The translations under genes and the position numbers were made by a program. From a virus (Duplodnaviria; Caudoviricetes), in IMG/VR virus record IMGVR_UViG_3300029288_001872, positions 96,001-160,000 of that record: DNA of 64,000 bases. One strand, 5' to 3'. This document shows, in pieces, positions 43,146-53,715 of the stretch. Numbering within the stretch: position 1 is the stretch's first letter; each line of letters opens with the position of its first letter. The notes beneath the pieces are model-generated. The model was given only the letters and a program-made list of their open reading frames with translations, was not told the origin of the DNA and did not search any database.

Positions 43146-44015
43146 ATGAAAATATGTTGGGAGAATTTAGAGAAAGTAAGGCTAAGGGGTGGAAATTTTT
43201 ATTCTGGGAATATTCCTTTATTTTATATTGAAGAATGTACAGTTTGTAAAGAGTCTTTTTTAACTAAAAAGTTTGGGTTGTTTTGTTCTAGAGAGTGTGA
43301 ACATGAGAAAGAAAGACCGCTTTGTAAATGTGGATGTGGTAAATACACCACTTGGCATAAAATAAAATTAAAATGGAATGAATTTCTTCATGGGCATCAA
43401 TTTAAAGGGAAGAAACATAAAGAGGAGAGTATAAAAAAACAATCGGAATCTAAAAAAGGAAAGAAACATTCAGAAGAACACAATAAAAAGATAGGACTAA
43501 GTGGGATTGGGAGAGTACAATCAGAAGAAACTAGAAAAAAGAGAAGTGAATCATTAAAAAAACACAATTATGCTCCAGAGCGAATAGAAAAATTAAAATT
43601 AATAGGGCGTGAAACTTCATTAAAAAGAAGAGGATATCACCATACAGAAGAATCTAAAAAGAAGATGAGTGAATCACAGAAGGGAAAGATAGGGATGGCT
43701 GGAGAAGATAATCCGAATTGGAGAGGAGGAGTTTCTTTTTTACCATATCCAATTATTTGGGATAATAAACTCAGAAATGAAATAAAAACAAGGGATGATT
43801 TTAAGTGTCAAAATCCAGAATGTTATTGCAATGCAAAAAGACTTAATGTTCATCATATTGATTATGATAAACAAAATTGTTCCGAATTTAATTTAATAAC
43901 ATTGTGTGTTGGATGTAACAGTAGAGCCAATTATAATAGAGAATATTGGCAAGGACTTTACCAATGGATGATTTCGGAGAAATATTTTGAGTTTTTTTCA
44001 TGCACATGTTCATGA
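43146..44015 (+). CDS. HNH homing endonuclease with NUMOD3-like repeats
   Basis: HSEE/HTEE..KKMS repeats; NPNWRGG; VHHIDY...NLITLC..CNS. Confidence 0.88.
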   Translation: MKICWENLEKVRLRGGNFYSGNIPLFYIEECTVCKESFLTKKFGLFCSRECEHEKERPLCKCGCGKYTTWHKIKLKWNEFLHGHQFKGKKHKEESIKKQSESKKGKKHSEEHNKKIGLSGIGRVQSEETRKKRSESLKKHNYAPERIEKLKLIGRETSLKRRGYHHTEESKKKMSESQKGKIGMAGEDNPNWRGGVSFLPYPIIWDNKLRNEIKTRDDFKCQNPECYCNAKRLNVHHIDYDKQNCSEFNLITLCVGCNSRANYNREYWQGLYQWMISEKYFEFFSCTCS

Positions 44016-45432
44016 TGAATTTAGTACTCTCGATGGAGAAGGAAAACCGGAGACCTATGTTCAAGAAGCAAGTCGTCTTGGTTTTAAATATCTGGCAGAA
44101 ACAAATCACGGAAATTGTGATGGCTTCTTAAAGTTTCAAGAAGCATGTCTCAAAAACAATATTACACCGATTTATGGCGTGGAACTCTACATAGTCCCAG
44201 ACATTACCAAAAGAGATAAATATGAAAAGAAATATCATATCACTGTTTTGATTCAAAACAAGATTGGGTTTACCAATGTCCTAAAAATGCTTACCATAGC
44301 TAACCTTGAAGGCCATTATTATAGACCACGAATTGATCCATCGGTATTACTTAAACATTATGAAGGTCTGGTCTTTATGACTGCTTGTGTATCTTCTTTC
44401 ATCAATATGGAAGGAGGAACAGAATTATTATTAGAATTACACAAGAAAGTTCCAACCTATCTTGAATTGATGCCACATAATTATCCTATCCAGAAAGAAA
44501 TCAATTTAAAGAAATTAGAATTAGGAAAGAAATATAACATTCCATTTAGTGCATCGAACGACTGCCACTACGCAAAACCAGAACACGCCAAGGCACAGGA
44601 AATGCTTCTTGCTATTCAGAAAAAAGCTAAATGGGATGACCCAAAAAGATGGAAATTTGATTTTGGTGGTCTGTATTTAAAATCTGAACAAGAAATGGAA
44701 CAAGCGTTCATAGAGCAGAATTGTGTTCCTAAAGAAATTTGGCGGCCAGCTATGGATAATACTATGGAAATAGCCAAACTTTGCGAAAATTTTAAAATCA
44801 GAAAAAGAAAAGTTTCTTTGCCAAAAGTCTATGGCTATGAACATAGAGATGAAACCGAATTGATGAGGGAAATAATTGAAAATGGGATGAAAGAAAGAAA
44901 AATAGGCAATTATGAAACATATAGAAATAGAGTAGAAGAAGAATTTGAAATAATTTGTAAACTTAATTTCCAAAGATATTTCCTTATAGTGTGGGAATTG
45001 ATAGAATATTGTAAGAGAAATAATATTGGTGTCGGCCCTTGTCGTGGGTCATCAGGTGGGAGTCTAATCTGTTATTTGATGCATATCACAGATATAGACC
45101 CAATAAAATATGGCCTTATTTTTGCAAGATTTATTTCTATGGAGAGGTGTTTCGTAGAAAATACAAAAATGATAATAAATAATAAGATTGAAGAGATAAA
45201 AAATGCAAAAATTGGTGATTTTATTATAAACAAATATGGAGAATTAGATAAAATAAAAAAAATTCATAAATATCAAGTAAATAAAAAACTTTTAAAAATT
45301 TATTTTAATGGAGATTATGTAATTTGTACTAAAAATCATAAATGGATAGTAGTTGATAAAAATGGAAATACAGTTGAAAAAAAAGCAGATCAAATAATTA
45401 TGAAGGAGGATAAATTAATAAGAATTAAATAA
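43987..45432 (+). CDS. dnaE: DNA polymerase III alpha N-terminal part + N-intein
   Basis: PHP motif HAHVHDEFSTLDG, RGSSGGSL, then intein block A CFVENT at 45148 and block B CTKNHKW. Confidence 0.93.
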   Translation: MSFFHAHVHDEFSTLDGEGKPETYVQEASRLGFKYLAETNHGNCDGFLKFQEACLKNNITPIYGVELYIVPDITKRDKYEKKYHITVLIQNKIGFTNVLKMLTIANLEGHYYRPRIDPSVLLKHYEGLVFMTACVSSFINMEGGTELLLELHKKVPTYLELMPHNYPIQKEINLKKLELGKKYNIPFSASNDCHYAKPEHAKAQEMLLAIQKKAKWDDPKRWKFDFGGLYLKSEQEMEQAFIEQNCVPKEIWRPAMDNTMEIAKLCENFKIRKRKVSLPKVYGYEHRDETELMREIIENGMKERKIGNYETYRNRVEEEFEIICKLNFQRYFLIVWELIEYCKRNNIGVGPCRGSSGGSLICYLMHITDIDPIKYGLIFARFISMERCFVENTKMIINNKIEEIKNAKIGDFIINKYGELDKIKKIHKYQVNKKLLKIYFNGDYVICTKNHKWIVVDKNGNTVEKKADQIIMKEDKLIRIK

Positions 45433-45455
45433 TATCAATTAGAGGTAATTAGAAA

Positions 45456-46286
45456 TTGGGAAAGAATAAGAGAAATCCTGGAATATATATTATTAGAAAT
45501 ATAAAAACAAATAAAGCCTATATTGGAAGTTCTGTCAATCCTACTAATAGATTAAAAGAACATTTTAGTTCTCTATTAAAAGGAAAACATCATAGCGTTT
45601 ATTTACAACGTAGTTATAATAACCACAAAAAGGAGTGTTTTGAATTTGGAGTAATTGAAAATATAGATGATGAAAAAGATTTAATAAGTAGAGAGCAATA
45701 TTGGATCGATTTCTTTGATAGTTATAATAATGGATATAATGTTTGCCCTAATGCTGGAAATTCTTTAGGAAGAAAGGCTACAGAAGAAGAAAAGAAAAAA
45801 GCAAAAGAACGTATGTCTGGTGAGAAAAATCCCATGTATGGAAAAACACATACAGATGAGGTGAAAAAGAGATTATCTGAAATTCATACAGGATTAGAAG
45901 TGACTCAAGAATTTAGAGAGAAAATGTCTGAAATTACAAGTGGTGAAAACAATGGGATGTATGGTAAGAACCATACAGAAGAAACTAAAAAGAAACAAAG
46001 GGAAATTAAAATTGGTTTATATGAAGGGGAAAATAATCCAAATTATGGGAATAAATGGAGTAAAGAAGCAAGAAAAAAGATGAGTGAAAATGTAATAGCT
46101 TCTGGGAGAGTAAGTGGTGAAAACAATGGGATGTATGGTAATTTTAAAATAAAGAAAGAAGAATGGAATGAAATCATATATGATATTAAAGAAAAGAAAA
46201 TAAAGGTTTCGATTATCGCTAATAAATATAATGTACACGTACAAACAATTTATAGTATTTTAAAGGCAAAATTTGATAATGAATAA
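45456..46286 (+). CDS. GIY-YIG homing endonuclease with NUMOD3 repeats
   Basis: PGIYIIRN...AYIGSS; GYN; NPMYGKTHT repeats. Confidence 0.93.
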   Translation: MGKNKRNPGIYIIRNIKTNKAYIGSSVNPTNRLKEHFSSLLKGKHHSVYLQRSYNNHKKECFEFGVIENIDDEKDLISREQYWIDFFDSYNNGYNVCPNAGNSLGRKATEEEKKKAKERMSGEKNPMYGKTHTDEVKKRLSEIHTGLEVTQEFREKMSEITSGENNGMYGKNHTEETKKKQREIKIGLYEGENNPNYGNKWSKEARKKMSENVIASGRVSGENNGMYGNFKIKKEEWNEIIYDIKEKKIKVSIIANKYNVHVQTIYSILKAKFDNE

Positions 46287-48732
46287 AAACATAAACATTA
46301 AAGAATTAGTAACTATAGATAAAATAGAAGAGATTGATTATAATGGTTATGTTTATGGATTGACAATTGAAAATGATCCATCTTATTGTTTAGAAAACAA
46401 CATTATAACAAAAAATTCCGATCTACCAGATATTGATGTTGACTATGAAGATATAAAAAGAGAAGATGTAAAAAAGCATTTAAGAGATTGTTATGGAGAA
46501 TACAATGTGGCAGGAATATCAACATTTTTAACATTAAAAGGGAGAGGAGCATTACGAGATGTAGCAAGAGTTTTTGATTTACCATTAAGAGAAGTTGATT
46601 TAGTTTCAAAAGAAATAGAAACAAAATTAGACGGAGACAAACTTTGCGGGCATACAATTGAAGAAGCATGTAAAAAATCTGAAATTGTTGCTTCATTTAA
46701 AAAGAAATATCCAGAAACAGTTCAACTTGCAATAGATTTGGAAGGACAGACAAAAGCAGTTGGTCAACATGCGGCTGGTATAGTTATTTCTGCTGATGAT
46801 TTGAGAAAAGGAGAAAGATGCAATCTCTGTGTTAGAAGCGGAGAAATTGTAGTTAATTGGGATAAAGAAGACGCAGAACAAATGGGTTTAATGAAACTTG
46901 ATGTTCTTGGTTTAACTTCTTTGACTATTATTAATTCTACTAAGAAATTTATTAAAGAAAATTACGATGTTGATATAGAATTAGATAAACTTACATTAGA
47001 TGACAAAGAAATATATGAAGAAATTTCTAAAGGGAATAATGTAGGTTTGTTTCAATTGAACTCACATGGTTTAACTGGGTTGTGCAAAGAAATGGGAGTA
47101 AAAGAATTTAATGACACAGTTCTTGCTACTGCCATCTTCCGACCAGGAGTATTGGGAAGTGGAATGGCAGATGAGTATATTAAAAGGAGGAAAAATAAAA
47201 AGGAAATAAAATATATTCATCCAAAATTAAAAAAATATACAAAAGACACACTTGGAATTGTTTTATATCAAGAACAAGTAATGTGGGTTATGTATGAACT
47301 TGCTGGCTTACCTTGGTCTGTTTGTGATAAAGTAAGAAAAGTAATGGGTAAATCTCAAGGGGATGCAAAGTTTCAAAAATTTAAACAACAATTCATTGAT
47401 GGATGTAAAAAGAATAAAACATTATCAGAAAAAGAAGCAGATAAAGTTTGGGATACATTAGCTTCATTCTCAAAATATGGATTTAACTTAAGCCACGCTA
47501 CTGCATATTCTATGATAACTTATTATTGTGCTTATCTAAAATATTACTATCCTAAAGAATTTCTATGTGCTTGTTTGACCTATGGTGGTGAAGATAAGAA
47601 AGCAGAATATGTCAATGAAGCAAGAAGATTAGGTTTAGAAGTAAGTTTACCAAAAATAAACAAATCGCTTGCTGATGTTTGGTATCCCAACAAAGATAGC
47701 AATATTATTTATGCGCCATTGACTGAAATAAAAGGTGTAGGTAAAACACAAGCAGAAAAAATAATTGAGCAGAATACTAACAAGAAAGTTGGTTTTTTCA
47801 CTATCATGGACCAGTCTGTTGTGCCTGCAAATTCTACTGATGAATTATTGAATAAAGTAGGATTTTACAAAAAAACTTCTTTGACGCAAAAAGAATTGAT
47901 GAAAGCCAGACAATACCTAAATTTTAATCCATTGACTGGTATGAACAGATTTAGTAGATTGCCAAAAGATTTGGATTATTCAGATGATGATATTATTAAA
48001 TGTAATTTGGAAGGATTTAAAGGCAATCTAATTGAAATAAAGAAATATGTAAAGAAGATAGAATGTGATAAATGTGAATTAAGAAAAGAAGCAAAGAAGC
48101 CTGTTTCATCATCATTTGGTAGATATAATATAATGGTTTTGGGCGAAAGTCCATGGATTGATGAGGATCGAGAAGGACTTGGGTTTGTTGGTAAAACTGG
48201 CAAGGAAATATTATGGCCAGAGTTTAAAAAACATGGATTACATAGAGATATGTTTCACATCTCGAATGTGATTAAATGTAAAATTAAGAATCCTTCAAAA
48301 AAACAAATACCTCCTTGTTCACATCACATCATAGAAGAAATAGAAAATTTAAAACCAATTTTAATCTTGGCTTTTGGAAATACCAATGTAAGATTTTTCA
48401 AAGAACAAGATGGTGGAATAATGAAATTGAATGGTGAAACTGAATGGTCAGATAAATTTCAATGCTGGATTTGTTGGTCAATTCACCCTTCTGCTGTCAT
48501 CTATCATGATGCTGAAAACAGACCACTATTTGAAAAAGGAATTAAGAATTTTGCAGATAAAATAAATATGATTGGTGGCAATTGGTTGAGAAAGAATAAA
48601 GAACAAATACTTATTAAAAAATGTTCTTATGGCGGTAAATTTGGAATAGATAATAATGAGTATGAGGAATGCTCCCAATGCAAAATCTGGTTTGATTGTA
48701 CTAAAATTGCGATGAATGAGGATTTTAAATAA
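46273..48732 (+). CDS. dnaE: C-intein + DNA polymerase III alpha C-terminal part + family-4 uracil-DNA glycosylase domain
   Basis: VYGLTIE...IITKN|SDLPDIDVD; HAAG; YGFNLSHATAY; then GESP..ED..G..FVG, SNVIKC, IHPSA. Confidence 0.92.
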   Translation: MIMNKNINIKELVTIDKIEEIDYNGYVYGLTIENDPSYCLENNIITKNSDLPDIDVDYEDIKREDVKKHLRDCYGEYNVAGISTFLTLKGRGALRDVARVFDLPLREVDLVSKEIETKLDGDKLCGHTIEEACKKSEIVASFKKKYPETVQLAIDLEGQTKAVGQHAAGIVISADDLRKGERCNLCVRSGEIVVNWDKEDAEQMGLMKLDVLGLTSLTIINSTKKFIKENYDVDIELDKLTLDDKEIYEEISKGNNVGLFQLNSHGLTGLCKEMGVKEFNDTVLATAIFRPGVLGSGMADEYIKRRKNKKEIKYIHPKLKKYTKDTLGIVLYQEQVMWVMYELAGLPWSVCDKVRKVMGKSQGDAKFQKFKQQFIDGCKKNKTLSEKEADKVWDTLASFSKYGFNLSHATAYSMITYYCAYLKYYYPKEFLCACLTYGGEDKKAEYVNEARRLGLEVSLPKINKSLADVWYPNKDSNIIYAPLTEIKGVGKTQAEKIIEQNTNKKVGFFTIMDQSVVPANSTDELLNKVGFYKKTSLTQKELMKARQYLNFNPLTGMNRFSRLPKDLDYSDDDIIKCNLEGFKGNLIEIKKYVKKIECDKCELRKEAKKPVSSSFGRYNIMVLGESPWIDEDREGLGFVGKTGKEILWPEFKKHGLHRDMFHISNVIKCKIKNPSKKQIPPCSHHIIEEIENLKPILILAFGNTNVRFFKEQDGGIMKLNGETEWSDKFQCWICWSIHPSAVIYHDAENRPLFEKGIKNFADKINMIGGNWLRKNKEQILIKKCSYGGKFGIDNNEYEECSQCKIWFDCTKIAMNEDFK

Positions 48733-49089
48733 ATGACTAAATTTATCCTTTCTTTAGAAACTACTGTTGATTATGATAAAGCTATTGAAGTTGGTGGAAC
48801 AACTAATAAAGAAGAAGCGATTGAAGGTTTGAAAAAGGTGTTGGAAGAATTAAAAGAATTTATATTGGAAGGACAAGAATTAGAAGATTGGATTGAAGTA
48901 AAAACTTCATTTAGAGAGGAAGAATAAATAATGGTTGACATATCAATTGAAATAAAATGTACTTGTGGAAATGTTTTGGAAGCAGAAGTTAAAAATGACA
49001 GGTTTGGCGTTCAATATGTTCTTATAGAGCCTTGCGAAAGATGCCTTGAAGAAGAATATTATAGAGGCAAGGATGAAGGAAGATAATTT

Positions 49090-49959
49090 ATGAAGTGTTT
49101 TTATCATTCTTCTGATCTTGACGGCTTTTGTTCGGCAGCCATTGTCAAATATAAATATCCAGATTGTGAATTGTTTCCAATTAATTATGGAGATGAATTT
49201 CCATGGGAGAAAATTGCAGATAAAAACGAAGTAGTTTTTATGGTTGATTTTGGATTACAACCATTCAGTGATATGGTTCTTTTAAACAAAAGATGTTGGT
49301 TGATTTGGATTGACCATCATGGAACTGCTATTCAATCTGCTATTGAAAGTAAAGAAGAAATTAATGGTTGTAGAATTGAAGGACAAGCAGGTTGTGAACT
49401 GACTTGGGATTGGATTTTTGGGACTAAAAGACCAAAAGCGGTAAGTTTATTGGGGAGGTATGATATATGGCAATATAAAGATAATAATGAAGTTTTACCT
49501 TTTCAATATGGTATAAGAATAGAAGAAACAGACCCAAGAAATCCAAAAGTAATGAAAAATCTTTGGATACCTTTGTTTAATGGCAATAACTGCAATTCAA
49601 TAATTCAGGAAGGTCATACCATATTAAAATATGAGAATCAAGTTAATGAAAAATTTTGTAAATCATACGCTTTTGAAACAGAATTAAGAATTCCAGAAGG
49701 TGTTCTTGGTAAAACATATAATCTAAAGGCAATTTGTCTCAATAAAGGTTTCAATAGTTCAAAAGTATTTGAATCTGTTTGGGACAACAATAAATATGAT
49801 ATCATGGTAGGTTTCTGTAGAAGAAATAAAAAATGGGATGTAAGTTTGTATTCTGACAAATTAGAAATACATTGTGGTGAAATTGCTAAGATTTTCAAGG
49901 GTGGTGGTCATGCAGGAGCGGCTGGATGTCAAGTTGATGAATTACCTTTTGATTATTAA
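49090..49959 (+). CDS. DHH/DHHA1 phosphoesterase
   Basis: YHSSDLDG, WIDHH, GGGHAGAAG. Confidence 0.9.
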   Translation: MKCFYHSSDLDGFCSAAIVKYKYPDCELFPINYGDEFPWEKIADKNEVVFMVDFGLQPFSDMVLLNKRCWLIWIDHHGTAIQSAIESKEEINGCRIEGQAGCELTWDWIFGTKRPKAVSLLGRYDIWQYKDNNEVLPFQYGIRIEETDPRNPKVMKNLWIPLFNGNNCNSIIQEGHTILKYENQVNEKFCKSYAFETELRIPEGVLGKTYNLKAICLNKGFNSSKVFESVWDNNKYDIMVGFCRRNKKWDVSLYSDKLEIHCGEIAKIFKGGGHAGAAGCQVDELPFDY

Positions 49960-50179
49960 GGAGTAAAAACTTATGGCTTGTGTTTGTTGGAGTTGCCATG
50001 GCAAAGGAAAATTTATTTATCCTATATATGAAAGATGTTCTGAAAACAATGAAGGCGCAATAAATCTTATGGGAAAATTCATTCATATTGTAGGTGAAAA
50101 AGAAGTTGATTGTCCGAATTGTGATGGTACAGGAATTATTTCTCGCAAACAAATTCCAAATTACTTCTTTGGAGACTAA

Positions 50180-50635
50180 ATGAACATCTACTTTGCAGCA
50201 CCACTATTCACCATGGCAGAGAAAGAATTCAACAAGAGGCTTGCAACTACCATCGAAGAAAAAGACAAAAATATTAATATATTTCTTCCACAAGAAAATT
50301 CTGTCTTTGATGAATATGGTGAATTTCTTTCAAAAGAAACGTTTGATTCTGATTTGAAAGCCATAGACAATTGCGACTTGGTATTGGCGATTTTAGACGG
50401 TTCTGACGCTGATTCGGGTACTTGCTATGAATGTGGATATGCTTACAACAAAAAGAAAATCCTTGGCATAAGAACTGATTTCAGGTCTGGTGAAGAAGAT
50501 GGTCTAAATGTGATGTTGAGACACGGGGTTGATGACTTGATATTCTATCCTTGTAATGAGAACCCGCCTGATGTTGATTGTTTGGCTTGGATGATAATCG
50601 AGAAGATACGAGCAATGTTTGGAGAAGATTTTTGA
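50180..50635 (+). CDS. Nucleoside 2-deoxyribosyltransferase family protein
   Basis: IYFAAPLF, FLPQE, DSGTCYECGYA. Confidence 0.9.
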   Translation: MNIYFAAPLFTMAEKEFNKRLATTIEEKDKNINIFLPQENSVFDEYGEFLSKETFDSDLKAIDNCDLVLAILDGSDADSGTCYECGYAYNKKKILGIRTDFRSGEEDGLNVMLRHGVDDLIFYPCNENPPDVDCLAWMIIEKIRAMFGEDF

Positions 50636-50781
50636 GGTTTAAAAAATGACTTATGATACTGGATTTCAAACTCAATGTCCAGAGTGTGGTTTTTGGACCG
50701 ATTGTTATCAAATAAGATGTTTTGGAAGATGCAAAGACTGTCAAGACAAGAAAGACAAAGAAATCATAAAGGAGAAATAAA

Positions 50782-51225
50782 ATGGCTACTACTTACACGG
50801 ATGCTCCAATTGAAGAAATGGCGAATAAACTAATTGAAAAGTATGAAGAACTTGAAGATTGTTTTGATGCAAAAATAAAATATCTTTTCAAAGGAAGCGC
50901 GAAGTCTTCCTACATCGGAAAATGCAGTAAAGCGACAGGTAAGTGGCGGTTCTTGACCGGCGACCTCGACTACGTAGTAGAAGTATGGGAACCTTATTGG
51001 ACCGTGGCTTCTGACAAACAAAAAGAAGCATTGCTGTATCATGAACTAAGGCATGTTGAAAAGAAAATAAAAGAAAATGATGATGGTGAAGAAACGGTAA
51101 CATGGAAAGTCAGGAAGCATCATGAAGAAATTTTTGTAGATGAGATTGAACATTTTGGTTCATGGAATGACGGCCTCAGCAATCTTATGGGTGCTTTCTT
51201 GGCACAAAACATTGGGAAAAGATAA
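50782..51225 (+). CDS. Putative phage metallopeptidase
   Basis: ALLYHELRH...RKHHEE. Confidence 0.7.
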   Translation: MATTYTDAPIEEMANKLIEKYEELEDCFDAKIKYLFKGSAKSSYIGKCSKATGKWRFLTGDLDYVVEVWEPYWTVASDKQKEALLYHELRHVEKKIKENDDGEETVTWKVRKHHEEIFVDEIEHFGSWNDGLSNLMGAFLAQNIGKR

Positions 51226-51592
51226 TGAAAATTAAATGGGAAGTTGAGGATGGTTATGTTGGCAAATCAAGACCGCATCATCTTGAGATAGATGATGATG
51301 AATTAGAAGGATTGTCAAAAGAAGAAGTTGAAAGTTATATCAACGATTCTGTTCAAGAAGAATTTGAGCAAAATGTTTATCCTGTGTGGGAAATCGTGAA
51401 AGAATAGATGTACATCTACTGGCGCATACAGCAAGACTTGACTTGCCTTGGCGAAATAATTCAGTTTAAAGACCCAGTTTTCATTAATGCAATTCGCAAA
51501 TGGGTAAAGAAAAATTTCACCGGAATAATGTTAGCAGAAGAAATTTCTTCTGGACGTTGTTTCTTCAAAATTGAAAATAAGAAGGTTTATCA

Positions 51593-52216
51593 TTGACCTA
51601 TAAGATTTTTCCAGAAACAACAGTCCAAGAATCTGCCAAGATTATTCAGTCTATAAATTTTGACCAAAACCAGATTTTGGCAGATATAGTTAATCTTCAT
51701 ACTGGATTAATTGAATTAGATGTATGTTATGGAAGTGGTTGCTTCTACCGTAAGATACCAAAACCAAAATATTGTTTTGATTTAAACCCTAGAAAGCCAG
51801 GAATAATTGCAGCAGATGTGAGACATTTACCATTGAAAGATAATTCTATATCATCTGCAATTTTTGATCCTCCATTTTTAGCAAGAACTGGTCCTGGTGC
51901 AACATTAAAGGCCAGATTTGGAGAATTAGTTGGGACTATTCAAGTCTTGTGGGAGATTTATTATGATGGTATGGAAGAATTATATAGAGTTTTGAAAACC
52001 AAAGGATGGATGGTTGTAAAATGTCAGGATGGTGTCCTTTCAGGAAAGAATAATAATACTTATGGAAAAATTTGTAACAAGGCAGAAGAATTAGGATTTG
52101 TTTGGAAAGATTTATTTATATTGTTAGCCAAACATAGAATGCAACATCCGCGCCCACATATTCAACGTCACTCGCGTAAATTTCATTCGTACTTTATTGT
52201 ATTTTATAAGAAATGA
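51593..52216 (+). CDS. DNA amino-methyltransferase
   Basis: LDVCYGSG, FDPPF, YRVLK. Confidence 0.82.
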   Translation: MTYKIFPETTVQESAKIIQSINFDQNQILADIVNLHTGLIELDVCYGSGCFYRKIPKPKYCFDLNPRKPGIIAADVRHLPLKDNSISSAIFDPPFLARTGPGATLKARFGELVGTIQVLWEIYYDGMEELYRVLKTKGWMVVKCQDGVLSGKNNNTYGKICNKAEELGFVWKDLFILLAKHRMQHPRPHIQRHSRKFHSYFIVFYKK

Positions 52217-52225
52217 GAGAATATT

Positions 52226-52819
52226 ATGAAAACTATTATAATTAATAATAAAGAATACAAACTCATTCCTTATGGATATTGTTATTGTGGTTGTGGGAAG
52301 AAAACTAATATTAGTAAAGAAAATGGCAATGGATATAAAAAAGGAGAACCAAAACGGTATTTTTATAGGCACCAAGAAAAATTAAAAAATCACCATTTGT
52401 GGAAAGGAGGAAGAGTTGTTGATAAAAGTGGTTACATTTTAATTTATAATCCAGAACATCCAAGAGCAAGTTATGGATATGTTAGAGAACATATTCTTGT
52501 AATGGAAGAGGCTATAGGTAGACAACTTAAAAAAGAAGAAATAGTTCATCATATTGATGAAGATAAAGGGAATAATTACATAGGAAATCTAATCTTATTT
52601 GCTAATGGAACAATGCATAAAAAATTTCATAATAGATTGCTAGCTTTTAAAATTTGTGGTCATTATGATTGGAGAAAATGTAAATTTTGTAAGAATTATG
52701 ATGATATAAGCAATATGCATGAGAATTATAATAAAAGAACTAATTGTTATAATTATTACCATAAAAAATGTCAGAATTTATACCAACTAAATAAAAGAAG
52801 GGATAAGCAATGCCATTAA
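52226..52819 (+). CDS. HNH homing endonuclease
   Basis: CYCGCG, WKGG, YVREH, VHHIDEDKGNN..GNL. Confidence 0.85.
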   Translation: MKTIIINNKEYKLIPYGYCYCGCGKKTNISKENGNGYKKGEPKRYFYRHQEKLKNHHLWKGGRVVDKSGYILIYNPEHPRASYGYVREHILVMEEAIGRQLKKEEIVHHIDEDKGNNYIGNLILFANGTMHKKFHNRLLAFKICGHYDWRKCKFCKNYDDISNMHENYNKRTNCYNYYHKKCQNLYQLNKRRDKQCH

Positions 52820-53715
52820 ATCTCACATACCGTCCCAAATCGTTAGATGAATTTTATGGAAATGTAAATTTAAAAGAATCTATTGCTTCTATTTTTGAAA
52901 GAGAAGACAAACCAAGAGCGTGGCTTTTCACAGGGCCGAGAGGATGTGGCAAGTCATCAATGAGCAGGATTATAGCAGATAATTATGGTTGCAATAAAGA
53001 GGATTATCAAGAGTATGATTTAAGCAATACCGGTGGAATAGAAGAAGCTAGAGAAATTAAACGAACAGTGAATTATAAACCATTAGCAGGTAAATATAAA
53101 TTCTATTGCTTAGAGGAAATACATCGTTCATCACCAAATTTCCAAGATGGATTATTAAGAACAGTAGAAGAAGGACCAGAACACGCTATTTTTATCCTTT
53201 GTACTACAGATGCTCAAAAACTTATCCCAGCTTTAAAATCAAGATGTTTTCAATATGAAGTGAAACCTTTACAAACACCAATAATGATGGGTTTGTTAAG
53301 AGATATATTGAAGAAAGAAAACGTAGAAAACTTTCCCAAGGAAGCATTGGATTTAATAGTTGAATTTTCTAAAGGTATTCCTAGAGAAGCTATAATTTTA
53401 TTGGATGAAGTCATAGATATACCAACAGATGAAGGTGTCATAGCATTTCTTAAAGAAAAGAAGGCATCAGAAGAAGCAACTGAAAGTCTTGCTAAACTAT
53501 TGTTGCAGAAAGCAGATTGGAAAGAAGTGTCCAAAGCATTGAAAGCGATGAAAGAGCAAGATTCAGAAAAGACAAGAAATGCTGTGTTGGGATATTGCGG
53601 CAAGGTGTTGTTGGACAGTGGGAATAAAAGAGCAGGAATGATTATGGATATTTTTGCTTTGCCGATGTATTCATTTAATCTATTAGTATTAGCAAGTTAT
53701 AAGGTGGTGTTGTGA
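52810..53715 (+). CDS. dnaX: Clamp loader, DNA pol III gamma/tau-like AAA+ ATPase
   Basis: YRPKS, GPRGCGKS, EEIH, FILCTT, KSRC. Confidence 0.9.
   Translation: MPLNLTYRPKSLDEFYGNVNLKESIASIFEREDKPRAWLFTGPRGCGKSSMSRIIADNYGCNKEDYQEYDLSNTGGIEEAREIKRTVNYKPLAGKYKFYCLEEIHRSSPNFQDGLLRTVEEGPEHAIFILCTTDAQKLIPALKSRCFQYEVKPLQTPIMMGLLRDILKKENVENFPKEALDLIVEFSKGIPREAIILLDEVIDIPTDEGVIAFLKEKKASEEATESLAKLLLQKADWKEVSKALKAMKEQDSEKTRNAVLGYCGKVLLDSGNKRAGMIMDIFALPMYSFNLLVLASYKVVL

Noticed and set aside
46579-46596. Six-dinucleotide match of guide unit 61045 to dnaE (LPLREV)
   Set aside because: The other seven positions mismatch, a run this short is plausible by chance in 64 kb, and the recA motif explains the whole unit
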